Origin: a virus
Direction: 5' to 3' (one strand)
Virus genome (UHGV): UHGV-0157893
Length of the DNA: 44,450 bases
Shown here: positions 44,370 to 44,450 of the stretch, one piece after another
How positions within the stretch are numbered: the stretch's first letter is position 1
How the letters are laid out: every line of letters begins with the position of its first letter
Made by a program: the position numbers and the translations under genes
The notes under the pieces: model-generated
What the model saw: the letters and a program-made list of their open reading frames with translations, nothing else
What the model was told of the DNA's origin: nothing
Databases searched by the model: none

Positions 44370-44450
44370 ATGAAGTGGTTTAAGCATGACAGCGATGCGA
44401 ACCGCGATGAAAAACTTCAAAACGTTTTGTTAGATTATGGCCTGGAAGGG
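44370..44450 (+). CDS. Replication initiation / replisome organizer protein, N-terminal fragment (runs off window)
   Basis: ATG 44370 with GGAGGG RBS; MKWFKHDSDANRDEKLQNVLLDYGLEG matches the conserved N-terminus of DUF4373 (Lin1244-like) phage replication proteins. Confidence 0.55.
   Translation, partial: MKWFKHDSDANRDEKLQNVLLDYGLEG

Overview
This window is a nearly complete lambdoid temperate phage or prophage of an enterobacterial host, with almost every gene on the minus strand. Reading right to left: a cI-like repressor (S24 peptidase), a strong leftward promoter with a nutL-like boxA/boxB, a P22 gene 24-type N antiterminator, erf and ssb, about 15 small early genes, a Dam-like and a possible C5-like DNA methyltransferase, NinF/NinG/RusA, a phage 82-type Q, a ~5 kb block of small genes, a pinholin/SAR-endolysin/Rz/Rz1 lysis cassette, an HExxH protein, six tandem tiny hydrophobic ORFs, TerS/TerL, portal and head genes, tail tube genes, tape measure, the M-L-K-I-J tail tip and a side tail fiber. 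A divergent plus-strand replication module starts at the right edge. Four plus-strand islands (morons) sit inside the tail module, each ending at a hairpin terminator that can serve both strands. All calls rest on manual reading of the supplied ORF track and sequence (start codons, RBS, overlaps, remembered family motifs); no database search was run, so family assignments are recollection-based and starts of small ORFs are provisional. The ORF track uses TTG/GTG as starts in places; where an in-frame ATG with a Shine-Dalgarno was found, coordinates were trimmed to it. The most unusual items are the tandem tiny hydrophobic ORF array upstream of terS, the plus-strand cassettes in the tail module (including two lipoproteins), and a recurrent 12-13 bp intergenic motif.
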